In this document: positions 25,219 through 37,317 of the stretch, piece after piece | How the letters are laid out: each line of letters starts with the position of its first letter | How positions within the stretch are numbered: position 1 is the stretch's first letter | Assembly: GCF_006345805.1 (NCBI RefSeq) | Contig: NC_043006.1 | Span: 744,001 to 808,000 of the forward strand | Length of the DNA stretch: 64,000 nt | Source: Octopus sinensis | Lineage: Eukaryota | Direction: 5' to 3' | Program-made: the position numbers and the translations under genes | The notes under the pieces: generated by a model | Database searches by the model: none | The model's input: the letters and a program-made list of their open reading frames with translations, nothing else | Told to the model about the DNA's origin: nothing

Positions 25219-26251
25219 ATTTATGTATATATATTCTAATATACATGGATTCACGCGTTCATTCATATATAACTATATGTTCTACTGTTTGTATGTTTGT
25301 GCGTGTCTATGATTTCGTATATCTCAGCACCTGTGTGTGCGTGTGTGTGTGTGTACGTGTGTGTGCGTGTGTGTGCGTGCATGCATGTGTGTCTAATCCA
25401 GTCACACACTGCGTAAAAAGAACTCCCACGAACCTTAACTATGAACATGTATGTCTGTATAAATCTTGTCTCTATTTCACCTGTACACTACTGTAATGAT
25501 ACAGAAATCTCTAGTTATCCATCCGCCACAAAATTTCCTTCCTCTCTTTATCTCTCTCTCTCCTCTCGCTCTCTTCTGCCACACTCTCCTTCCATGTTCT
25601 CACACTCTCTGTGTATACACACACGCATACGCACGCATACATGGCATTACCAGGCTGCCAAGCAGAGTGCAGTATGTATGCTAACTCTGTACTCATAGAA
25701 ATCCACATATCAAACGAAACCCACCTGTTGAACGCGTAGAGAGACACATAGAAACAATGTTAACTCAGACTGTGTCCTACAAAACCTATTCAACATTACT
25801 GCTATAATTTAACCCAAGGTTTGCTTTGACTGAATCTGACCTATGATCAAAAATTTTCCAGCCGTGACCGCCCTGTCTTTTTAAAAGCAGCAGACAGCGA
25901 TTTTCTTTGGAACAATTTGGCTATTTCCAGCGACCACCAAGAGGCTTCCAAGACCGGAATGTAGTAGCAGTTGTTGTTGTTGGTGTTGGTGTTGGTGTTG
26001 GTGTTGCTGTGCTGTTGTCATCGTTGTTGAGACTGTTGTCACAACAGATGACTTCGGGTCAGACCAAAGGCGTTCCAGCCGCGACCAACACATCAGGAAA
26101 CCAGGACTTCACTATCTAACGAGCTCTTTTGTAACACAAGGTAACATAAGGTGTAATTTGAATGAATTTTTGGGCAACGTTTTCTGGGTCCTTTAAGTGG
26201 TCACACATAGGAGCCCTTGCTGTTGTTTTGATGCGTGAATACACAACAGCA

Positions 26252-26302
<51 letters not shown>

Positions 26303-26599
26303 GTACTCATGCCAATGATGAACCTCGATATACGAGAAGTAGCAGCCAAATCTCCCTCATTGCAGGCCCTAAGTATATTAAATAAAGGAAAGACAAGCTT
26401 GGATAAAAATAAGATAGGATGGTCATGTCTGGAAGACAAAAGTGATCATAGGTTTTGTGCTTAATCAGGGCTAACTTGGGGTTAAACGATAACAATCACA
26501 CTATAACTGCTGTTGCTAGTAGTAACCGTTACCATGTTACAGCATCGATTACACAGTAGTTGTCAACGAAGATATTAACTCGGAACCCGTCACATTAAT

Positions 26600-26827
26600 A
26601 ATAATAATAATAACGATAATAATAATGATGATTATGATGATGATGATGGTGATTATTATGATGATGATTATGATGTTGATGTCAACAACGACAAGGATGA
26701 CGATAATGACGATGACGATGATGATAATGACGACGGTGAAGATGATTTTGATGATGTTGATGATGATGGTGGCAACGGCGACAATGTATATAATGACAAT
26801 AACGACGACGATGACGATGATGGTGAA

Positions 26828-26867
<40 letters not shown>

Positions 26868-26874
26868 GTGATGG

Positions 26875-26949
<75 letters not shown>

Positions 26950-27175
26950 CGACGACGACGATAATGATAATGATGATGATGATGATGATAATGACGACAA
27001 CGATGACGAAAATGGTGATGATGACGACGACGTAGATGGCGACGGTGACGTCGTCGCTGTCAGCGATGACAGATGACAGATGACGACGATGATGAGAAGA
27101 ATGAAAACGATGACGACAACGAGAATGAGGAGAGGAGAATGAAATTGATGACGATGATGATGATGATGATGATAA
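26600..27175. repeat. Long imperfect (GAT/GAC/AAT)n trinucleotide tract
   Basis: Direct reading; source of the poly-Met/Ile/Ser ORFs. Confidence 0.97.
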
Positions 27176-27639
27176 TTTTATCTGTTTACCACCAGGACAA
27201 CGGATGAAGGAGACATTGCTGAGACAGGTTGCAAAAAGTATTAGGGGTTTACAGAGTACCCGCTCCCACCCTGCAAAAAACAACAAAAGCACATAAAAAA
27301 AAGGGAAAGAAATACAAAAAATAAGCCATATCCAAGTATATGATATCGTCTAAGAAGAAGAGGTTTGAAGCCAAGAAGTGAAACAGATCCAAGATCACAA
27401 GAATTGCAAAGGGCAAACACCTTCTCTCAATAGTTCGTCTTTGACCCGTAGGCACATGTTGAAAGTTGACCTATTCGCTGATGACATGTTAACTATTTGT
27501 CACTCACCTTTTAATCAACTTACTGGAGGAGAGCACTTCCACCTGCGCCCTCACCTGCTTTTCCTAGTGGAACTTCAAAGCAAGTCGACGAGGGCTAACT
27601 CAAAGACGAACAACAATAACAACAACAATAATGGTTTCA

Positions 27640-27770
27640 AATTTTGGCACAAGGCCAGCAAGTTCGAGGTAAGTTGATTACATCGACCCCCAATGCTCAA
27701 CTGGTACTTATTTTATCGACCCCCGAAAATATGAAAGGCAAAGTCGAGCTCGGCGGTATTTGAACTCAAC

Positions 27771-27804
<34 letters not shown>

Positions 27805-27980
27805 AGACCAGTGATTTCAGGTGAAGTGGAGTGGACGAGAGGGTCAGTCGATATCATATACTTCCATGTTTGACTGACGCTATATTTTTTTTATCGACCC
27901 TGGAAAGATGAAAGGCAAATCTGACCTCGGCGGGGATTTGAAATCAGAACACAAATTAGCCGAAAGAAATACCGCAAAAT
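27640..27980 (-). mobile_element. Two SINE family A copies separated by (CAA)n
   Basis: aaattttggcacaaggccagc...atcgaccccc...gtatttgaactcaa, then atcgaccctggaaagatgaaaggc. Confidence 0.8.
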
Positions 27981-28505
27981 AATATTTTTTTTCCCGATGG
28001 TCTAATGACGATGATCATGATGAGTTCTTATATTTGCCACAGGAGGTGTCAGCTGAGAAGTACATTACAAAGACAGGTTACAATTTGTGTGTGTATGAGT
28101 GGTGTAGTGATGGCAGTGATTACATAAAATCGGGTGGGCGAAACAGGTGTGAAGGTAGGAAGAAACGAGAGGAAAAAGTCTACGATAGTGTATAATATAT
28201 ATGAATACATGGATAAAGTATCCCCCCCTGATACAGGAGAGCCTTCAACAAGGACTAACAAAACGATTCTGTTTAATAGGTTTAGCTATAGTCATTTATA
28301 TGTGTATATATTGTGTTTGTGTGTGTACAGGTGTGTAACAGTGAGTCGTCTAATATGCACATATATATACTCGTAATGTATATATTGTATATAAGTGGAC
28401 AAACGAAAGAAAGAGACTCAGCACATTTAACGAGAGTTACATTTGTTATTATTCAAAATAGTTTGATTCGGTCCCCAAAAGGCAGTAAAAAAGAAAACTG
28501 ATGCA

Positions 28506-28545
<40 letters not shown>

Positions 28546-28576
28546 ATCTACTATCTATCTATCTATCTATCTAATC

Positions 28577-28653
<77 letters not shown>

Positions 28654-28666
28654 ATCTATCTATCTG

Positions 28667-28703
<37 letters not shown>

Positions 28704-28896
28704 TTACCCATAGTTTAGATAGATAGTTAGATACATACATACACACATATATACACACACATACACACGTCAATGAATACAGCCTGATACGTTCCGTGTG
28801 TTTTATGATACTAGATGGTACTAAGCATTTTTTATGGATAATATCTCGGGGACCCGATTGACTAACTACGCTCGTGGATAGCCAAGACAGCTTCTT

Positions 28897-28935
<39 letters not shown>

Positions 28936-28941
28936 CACACA

Positions 28942-28983
<42 letters not shown>

Positions 28984-29317
28984 GTATAGATAGATATATC
29001 TACCATTAATTCAGCCCGCCTATTTACTATGTCACTATATCATCGTCACAATAACTACTAGTCCTCTACTAACTCTACTACTTGGTGTGACCAGCTCCAT
29101 AACATCCCGACTGCAACAACTATGACCATCTAACACATCTCTCTATTTAGTGTTGGGGCACGTTTTCGGGACCAGGTGTGAAACGATAAGTGAATAAGAA
29201 TCTATAAAAGGTACATATGCTCTGAGAAAAGTAAAGAATTTTAAAATTCATAGTTACACAACTTATATGAACTTACACCTGTCCGTCTCCCTCGTCTATG
29301 CACCTGTGGCAAATAGA

Positions 29318-29490
29318 AATGGCAAGCTGGCGGAATCGTTAGTACACCGGGCAAAATGCTTAGCGGCATTTTAGCTGTTCTTACATTTTGAGTTCAAATT
29401 CCGCCGAGGTCGACTTTGCTTTTCCTCCTTTCGGGGTCGATAAATTAAGTACCAGTCGAATACTGGGCTCGATGTAATCGACTATAGTAG
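29318..29490 (+). mobile_element. SINE family A ending in (ATT)n
   Basis: ggcaagctggcggaatcgttag...gagttcaaattccgccgaggtcgac...agtagaaaggattatt. Confidence 0.85.
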
Positions 29491-29517
29491 AAAGGATTAT
29501 TATTATTATTATTATTA

Positions 29518-29556
<39 letters not shown>

Positions 29557-30633
29557 TATTACATAGGTGTTTACATAGGTCGTCAGCTGGTTACGACAAA
29601 TTTGGATGCAGGTGAAATTTCGCACGCGCACTCGAGGACTTCCCCGCCCTGTTTTAAAATGCTGACATCAGTTTACTTGACTAACTGAAATTAAACGAGC
29701 GCTTATCATTAGGGCCACCACCAGCACCACCACCATCTACCACTAGTACTATCAATATTGTATTAACATCATATCACCACCGCATTCCGTCACGGGGAAG
29801 TCTTTATGTGTTTGCTAGAAAAAAAAACCCCAGACAAATTACCATCAAACTACTTTTAGAATCTTAAAGAACTTAAAGAATGGAAGGACGAATTGCATAA
29901 TGTAATCTTCAAATACTTCTAAATGGAAAATATGGTGACTGCTTTGTTTGGTTGTAGGACAGCTTGGTCAAGGTTGACCTGGAGCTAAAGAACAACACCA
30001 ACGGCGGCGACGACCACAACACTACCACCACTAACAACAGCAACACCAACAATAATTACAAGAATTTCAACTATTGCCAGTATATCTAACGGAATTGTAA
30101 CAAGCACAGCAATGTCACAACAGACTTTAAGGTCTTCTCAGTCAAATGTTTGGTGATCGTTTTCTGCGATGTGTATTTTTAAGATTCGGGGTTGAAGAAG
30201 AATGAAGATAAGGAAGAAAAGAAAAAATATAAATAAAAGGAAGAAGAAAAAATGAGAAAGGGGAAAAAAGATATGGCATAGGTATATGTATGTGTGCTAA
30301 GATGTATGTGTGTATGTTTGTCTGTATGTGTTATTTGATATCCTTATAAATATATAAATAAAATCAGCAACATTATTTCACATGTAAATTTGACTATATA
30401 TCGTTATAAGAGGTCCTAAGAATGGAAACCAAAGGCGTGTGTGTGCGTGTGTGTGTGTGTGTGTGTGTGCTTCTCTTTTAATCTGTAGTTCTTCTCCCAC
30501 CCACCCACCTATCTCTGTCTCTGTTATGTTATATATATATATAATATTATCTATATATATAGAAATATATATATATATATATATGAATATATATATATAT
30601 ATATTTATATATGAATATATATATATTTATATA

Positions 30634-30698
<65 letters not shown>

Positions 30699-30899
30699 CA
30701 TATATAAAATAAATATATTCATATATAATATATATATATATATTCATAATATATATATATATATATATATATATTTACATATATATATATAATATAATAT
30801 GTATATAATGTATATATATATGTGTGTGTGTACGTGTGTGTGTATACACACACACATACACACATATATATGTTCCTTGGTAAGCACAGTTCTACCTAC

Positions 30900-31086
30900 C
30901 TCTGATGACCACCCATCGTCCGTTAGCAATACCGGTCGATATGAAGAGAAGGGCCGCCACTGTGGCACATACTCCAAACAGCCGGAACGGTCTCCAGAGA
31001 CGTGCTTCTCGGAGGTAGAATTCCTCACCGAATTTCCGCGGGTCCGTTGTGGGCTCCTGGGTCTTGAATTTCAGGAAATTTTTCAT
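30900..31086 (-). CDS. First coding exon of a PMP-22/EMP/claudin-superfamily tetraspan protein (TMEM47/PERP-like)
   Basis: ATG at 31086 (A at -3; in-frame upstream TAA at 31128-31126) gives MKNFLKFKTQEPTTDPRKFGEEFYLREARLWRPFRLFGVCATVAALLFISTGIANGRWVVIR. This is a hydrophobic TM1 followed by the conserved Trp, ending at a phase-1 donor AGAG|gtaggt. It resembles the TMEM47 N-terminus (PLKLVGLVC...AW). Orthology not established, so no symbol. Confidence 0.85.
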
Positions 31087-31239
31087 CCTTTGACCGACTC
31101 GAGATGCCACTTTCCCAAGTTTTCTTTAAAAATATCCACATTTTCCGTCTGCTACTGCCATTTAAGCGCAGAAGGAAACAGAACGAATGATTATGACAGC
31201 AAAGGAGAGCAAAGGAGAGCGCGCGCAAGTGTTCGTGTG

Positions 31240-32398
31240 TGTGTGTGTATGCGGTGTGGGTATTTGTGTTTAAGAATGTTGCGTGAGTGCGAGAGATAGA
31301 TAGATAGATAGATAAAGAGAGGAAGCGAGAGAGAGAGAGAGAGCGAGAGAGAGAGAGAGAGAGAGTGAGTTAGAAAGAATGGATTAGATTGTGTAGATGT
31401 GTGTTTGTATGTGAATGTATATATGAGTATGAGTGAGAAAGGAAGAGAGAGAGAGAGAGAAAGAATAAGTTACAAAGAATGGATGTGAATGCGCGCGCGC
31501 GTGTGTGTGGTGTGTGTGTATGTACGTGTGTGTGTGTGTGTGTGATATGTCTGAATGTTTTTATGAGTGTAAGAAAGAAAGAGACAGAAGACGAAAAGAG
31601 TGAGAGAGTGAGTTAGAAAGGATGGATTAGTGTGTGTGTGTATGTTTGCGTGTGTGCACGCGTGCGCGCGTCTCAGTGAGTGAGCGAGAGAGAGAGAGAG
31701 ACGGATAGAGAGTGAGAGAGAGACGGAGAGAGAGTGAGAAAGAGTGGGAGAGAGTGAGAGAGAGAGAGGGGATAGCTAAAAGAAAAAGGTCAGAGAGTGA
31801 AAAAAGATGTGTATATGATAATGACTGTGTGTAAGTGAGACACAGAAAGAAAGACAGACAAGGAGATAGATAGAGAGAGGAGAGAGAAAGAGAGAGGAGA
31901 GAGAGTGAGTGGAAGAATGTGTAAGATGAGAATGCGCGTGTTTTCGTATCTAGGTGTGTGTGCGTGTGTGTGTGAGTAAGAGAGACAGAGAGACAGAGAG
32001 AGACAGAGAGAGGAGGAAGGAGAAAGTGTTAGAGGGGGATAAGAGGGAGTGCGTGTTTATATAAAGTTGTCAGAAATAAACAGAAGCAGAGAGAGAGAGA
32101 GACGAAGATTGTGACAGAGGGATAGAGTGGCAGATCGATGGAAGGATGGATGGATATACAGATATATGTATATATATATATATATGTATATATATATTTA
32201 AATGTATATATAGATATAGAAATATAGAGGTAAAAAAGAATATGTAATGAGTGTGTGTGTATGAAGTGAGGAGAGTAGACAAAAGTGTCTCTAAGTAAAA
32301 AGGTGAGCGAAAAGGGAGAGAATATATATATGTCTGTATGTGTGTGTGTGTGTTATATATATATATTATATATATAATATATATATATATATATATGA

Positions 32399-32451
<53 letters not shown>

Positions 32452-32490
32452 ATATTATATGTGTGTGTGTGTGTATATATATATGTATGT

Positions 32491-32522
<32 letters not shown>

Positions 32523-33276
32523 AAGAGAAAGAGAGAGAGAGAGAGATAAATTAAAGAAGAAATAACAGCGACAGAAAATCGCGCAGATAGAAACAGTGTG
32601 TGTATGTGTGTGTGTGTGTGTGTTTGTGTGTGTGTGTTTGTGTGTTGTGTGTATGTGTGTGTGTGTGTGTGTTTGTGTGTTGTGTGTGTGTGTTTGTATA
32701 TGTGTTTGTCTTTGTGTTTGAGCGTATGTATGCGTCTGTGTATATGTATATGTGTATTGTTGTATCTGTGGTCGTGCAGCGGTGGTGCTTTTATGTGTGT
32801 GTGTGTGTGTATGTGTGTATGTGTGTATGCGTGTGTGTTGCAGTGGTTGTGGTTGTGGTGGTGGTGGTGATGAGTGTGGGGGGTAAGCTATGAGTCTAGA
32901 ACGTTCGACAGTTGCAGAGTTGGATTAGGACGAAGTGTTGCAGGGTGGTAACCATGGAGAAATTTCCTTTACTCAATCAAACAGCAGAAAAAAAAAAGAA
33001 AAAAAAGATTGCCAGGTTTTAGTATTATTGGATGGAGAGAGAGAAGGAATGAGAGAAGAATGGAAAACGGAAAGGAAAAAGAAAGGAAAGAAGAAAAAAA
33101 CGGTATGGAACTGGAATATGGAAAGTGGAGAATGTTGATGACGATGGTGGCGAGGAGATGGCACAGTAAGTGAGAGAGAGAGAGAGAAAGAGAGGGAGGG
33201 GTAGGAGAGGGAAAGAGAGAGAGAGAAACTGAGAGGAGTCTGTCACAGCAATCGTTCGCACACCGGACCCGATGAT

Positions 33277-33315
<39 letters not shown>

Positions 33316-33358
33316 GTGTGGATGAGTGAGAGAGTGTATGTGTGGCAGAGATAGACAA

Positions 33359-33397
<39 letters not shown>

Positions 33398-33840
33398 CGA
33401 GTGAGACGGAAAGAGAAAGGAGAAAGAGAGAAAGTGAGAGAGAGAGAGAAGGGAAACAGGAGAGAGAAAAGGGAAAGAGGGGAGAGAAGGAGAGAGAGAA
33501 GGGAAAGAGGATAGCGAGAGAGAGAAAGAGGAGAGAGAATAAGAAAGAGAGAAGGAAAAGTGGAGAGAGAAGAGAGAGAGAAGGGAAAGAGGAGAGAGAA
33601 GAAGAGAAAGAAGTGAAAGAGGAGAGAGAAGAAGAGAGAGAGAAGGAGAGAAGGGAAAAAGAAGAGGGAAGAAGAGAGAAAAGAGAAAGAGGAGAGAGAA
33701 GAAGAGAGAGTGAATGGAAAGAGGAGAGAGAAGAAGAGAGAAAGAGAAGGAAAGGAGGAGAGAGAAGGAGAGAGAAAGAGAAAGGAAAGAGGAGAGAGAA
33801 AGAGATAGCTAGTTAGATAGATAGATGGAGAGAGAGAGAG
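31240..33840. repeat. Dense (GA)n/(GT)n/(TA)n region immediately upstream of the claudin-like gene
   Basis: Direct reading; includes a ~450-bp nearly pure purine tract at ~33390-33840. Confidence 0.9.
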
Positions 33841-34242
33841 ATGGGGCAGTTTGTCACAGCAGTCAGTTCGTACTCCGGAGGACCCAATATAAATGACAAT
33901 AGTTATGAAGAGAGCGAACGTGTGTGTGTGTCTGGGGTGGTGATGTTTGGTTGGTTATGAGGGTGAGTGACCGAGTGTGAGACCCATACTTTGGATAACG
34001 GGTGTAAGAGAGACATGAAATGATCAATGATAGACAGATAGTGAGGGGGAAAGGAGAAAGTACACACACACACACCCACAAGCACACACATATATGTATG
34101 TATGTATGTATGTAGTATGTGTGCGTGTGTGTGTGTATGTGTGTGTGTATATGTGTGTGTATGTGTGTGTGTGTGTTAACTATAAAACGCCAGGAGGTAT
34201 GAGAGGTGAATATGTTTATTTAACCACTTGTCACCCATAGAG

Positions 34243-34357
34243 TTACGGCCGTTTCACAGCCTTCATTATGTAATAATAATTTCAGCGTATAATTATTATT
34301 TTACATGTCTGCACTCATATGCTTGCTCATATGATGAAGGCTGTGAAACGGCCGTAA
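34243..34357. repeat. Perfect 24-bp inverted repeat whose arms are hammerhead-like
   Basis: ttacggccgtttcacagccttcat (34243-34266) is the exact reverse complement of atgaaggctgtgaaacggccgtaa (34334-34357). Confidence 0.95.
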
Positions 34358-34534
34358 TCCTCCTGACATAATTTCACCGATCGGATCTCCTGGATTTTAG
34401 CTGCATGGATCTCTGGATTATACTCCTCCGTATTGGATTACTATGTGGTCTGTTAGCCGAATCCACTAGAGGAGCTTTCTGTGATAGCTACACGGTTCTA
34501 AGAATCCATATATTACACTAGAAACTTATGTATG

Positions 34535-34568
<34 letters not shown>

Positions 34569-34589
34569 TGTATGTATGTCTCTCTCTCT

Positions 34590-34653
<64 letters not shown>

Positions 34654-34696
34654 TATATGTATATATGTTATATATATATGTATATATATATGTATA

Positions 34697-34745
<49 letters not shown>

Positions 34746-36702
34746 ATATATATATTGCACTCTATAAGTGTCAGACAAAGTCCTCTCAGTTTTGCTGAGA
34801 AAGCAATTAAATAATTAATGTAAATAAAGTTATAAGTGACTTTTTACACCTGAAAATAATATATTTGCTAATATAACAAACAACCGTTGAAGAAACTTTA
34901 AATATCGACTACAAAAATAGTTTTAATTAGCAATCATAATTTACGTGTGATGTGTACAAGCAGACATGTGGATGTAGTAATGGATAGCTAGTTCTTGCGT
35001 TCAAATTCCTTCGAAGTCTTTCGTTTGTCTCTTGGATAGGAACATTTATTCTACGTGCATCAGTTCATCTTTGCTAAACTCCAGACGGACCCTGATCGAA
35101 CAGAGCTAAAATGAAAGCCACTCCCATTTTAAGGTATGTGAACACTAAACAATTGTCCGAGGATCTCGCAGTTCTAGGAGTCAATTTCTAAGGGCCCAGT
35201 TCATTGGTTTGCTTAGAGGCCTATAATACTGCTAAGACGGCCCTGATCAAAGCCAGCTGTGATCACCCTGTTTAAATTAATGCATTGAACCTTTTGGAAA
35301 GATTAAAGCGTGAGAATGTGGTCAGAAGGTTCGTGGTTAAAACAAACTTAAGGATTATCATGAAGGCGCAGGCGTGTGCGTGCATCTGGACGCAGTCACA
35401 GCTGAGTATTTCAGAAGTTCGTTTCGCAATCTTAAGGATCCGGGTTCGATCTTCTTGCATGGTATTTTGGACAATTGTCGTTTACCATAGCCTTAAACGG
35501 GCCCACATCTTGTGAATGAAACTGGGTAGATGGAAACTGTGTGGAAGACCATCGGATGGATTGTACCTGTGTCGCCCTGATTCTTATTGGGGATTACATT
35601 AAGAGTGCAAGAATACACAACCACTTTTTATAGAATAATTCAATGAACAAATAATTTCGTCGATCGAAAAACAGCGTGGAAACGAACGGCGATCCGTGTG
35701 TGCGTCTGTGTGTGTGTATGTGTGTGTGCTTGCATGTGTGTGTGTAAGGACGAGTAGATGAGTGTGTATGTATATGTGTATATGTATTATATTTACATAT
35801 GCCCTCGTCTGAATGAATGAATTAACTTAATTAACTTCTTGTTTCAGTCACAGGGCTGTGGACATGCTGGGGCACGACCTAGGATTTAGCCAAACAAATC
35901 ATCTCCAATCGACTCCACTACTTGTTTTAAAGTCTGGTCTCTTTTGCAAAATGTTAAGTTATGGGGATGTAAACAAACCAACAATGACTGTGAAGTAGTT
36001 TCGGGACAACCCTCCCCATATACAGTAGGCTTCCGTAGAGTCTCTGTCTATGAAATTCACTCACAAGGCATGGGTCAGTTCAGAATTAAAGAAGATGCTT
36101 GACTAAGATGCCATGCAGTGGGACTGAACTTGAAACCACGTGGTTTCAAAGTGAGTTTCTGAACCACGTACCCACGCCCTTATCTAGATTGAAGAAGAAT
36201 ATTGACCGCTTTGGTTACCATATTTATGTTGACCTATTTGAAGGTGTATGACTCAGTAGTTAGAGCGTTGGGCTCACAATCATGAGGTAATGAGTTCGAT
36301 TCCCGGACAGGGCTGTGTGTTGTGTTCTTCAGCAAGACACTTTATTTCAAGTTGCTCAGCTATAGAAATGAGTTGCGACGTTACTGGTGCCAAACGGTAC
36401 TGGCCTTTGCCTTTCCCTTGGAGAACATCAGTGGCGTGGAGTGGGGAAACTGGTATGCATAGGCGACTACTGGTCATCCATAAACAACTTTGTCCGGACT
36501 TGAGCCTCGGAGGGGAACTTTCATGACCGAAAGAGATCTTTACCCTTTACCCTGTGTATATGTATGTTTGATGTATGTTTGTGTGTATCTATGTGTGCAT
36601 ATGTGTGTGTATGTGTGTGATTTTAAATAGATAAAGTTTCTTACATCGACCCGGACGTGTCCAAAGTCATTGATGTAAATAAAATCTCACCTGTCTAAAG
36701 AT

Positions 36703-36787
36703 TTTACCTGATGATGGTGGATTATATGTTACGACGTAATCTTCTATGAAAGCTTTAATAAAATTGTACCGAAACAGCTGTCGTAAA
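36703..36787 (+). ncRNA. Apparently intact type I hammerhead ribozyme
   Basis: Stem I TTTAC/GTAAA; core CTGATGA (36708-36714) plus extra T; stem II GGT/ACC around a ~49-nt insert; GAA; palindromic stem III ACAGCTGT; GUC site with predicted cut after 36782. Confidence 0.85.
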
Positions 36788-37212
36788 TGTTAAAGACCAG
36801 ACTCAAGCTTGAAAGACTGAACGGAAGTCACGACTGGAATGACTTTTCCTGAAACATCAAATAAATCAATGGAGAAATAGGGTGAAGAACCCTTCAAGAA
36901 GTGTAATAATGATAGAAATACGCAACAATAAGTAAATGCTTTGATTATAGGCTTGCAAAAGTGAGAGTGGAGTTGGGTTAAACTACAGCAACAAGAACAA
37001 CAACGACAATAACACACTATACCATATGGTGTAAAGAAGATGATAATCTACTTTTTCCTTTACAATGCAATAAAGATTTGTGAAAGTCTGTGCAATCGCA
37101 ATATAAGAAAGCAGGTACAATTAAAGGAATTTCAGCCAGTTTGGCACAACATTTACCGAACCTCTCCGGTGACCCCGCTTGATTGTCTGCTTCTCCATGT
37201 CTGCTTTCAAGT
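36788..37212 (+). mobile_element. Probable 5' part of a Penelope-like ORF downstream of the hammerhead, decayed
   Basis: A mostly open frame with scattered stops (...IPYGVKKMIIYFFLYNAIKICESLCNRNIRKQVQLKEFQPVWHN...) follows the ribozyme and ends at (TATC)n. Similarity to PLE N-termini is by impression only. Confidence 0.4.
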
Positions 37213-37213
37213 G

Positions 37214-37317
<104 letters not shown>

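Larger units (their letters stand above)
4607..30899 (-). other. Inferred intron 1 (~26.3 kb, contains an assembly gap)
   Basis: GT...AG ends and matching phase between the two exons. True length is uncertain because of the N gap. Confidence 0.75.

Noticed and set aside
25881-26464. Short ORFs with Q/H, V/G or T runs
   Set aside because: Comparable ORFs occur on both strands around simple repeats, with no recognisable domain or consistent splice sites.
26625-27035. Poly-Met, poly-Asp or poly-Ser protein
   Set aside because: Imperfect (GAT)n repeat with no flanking coding evidence on the + strand.
29560-29720. CpG-containing patch with E2F/GC-box-like words; similarly CRE/E-box words near 56345-56415
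   Set aside because: Short motifs occur by chance and there is no transcription-start evidence.
31087-31110. GTG start (VASRVGQR) given by the ORF track
   Set aside because: In a eukaryotic gene the ATG at 31086, in good context, is the simpler start.
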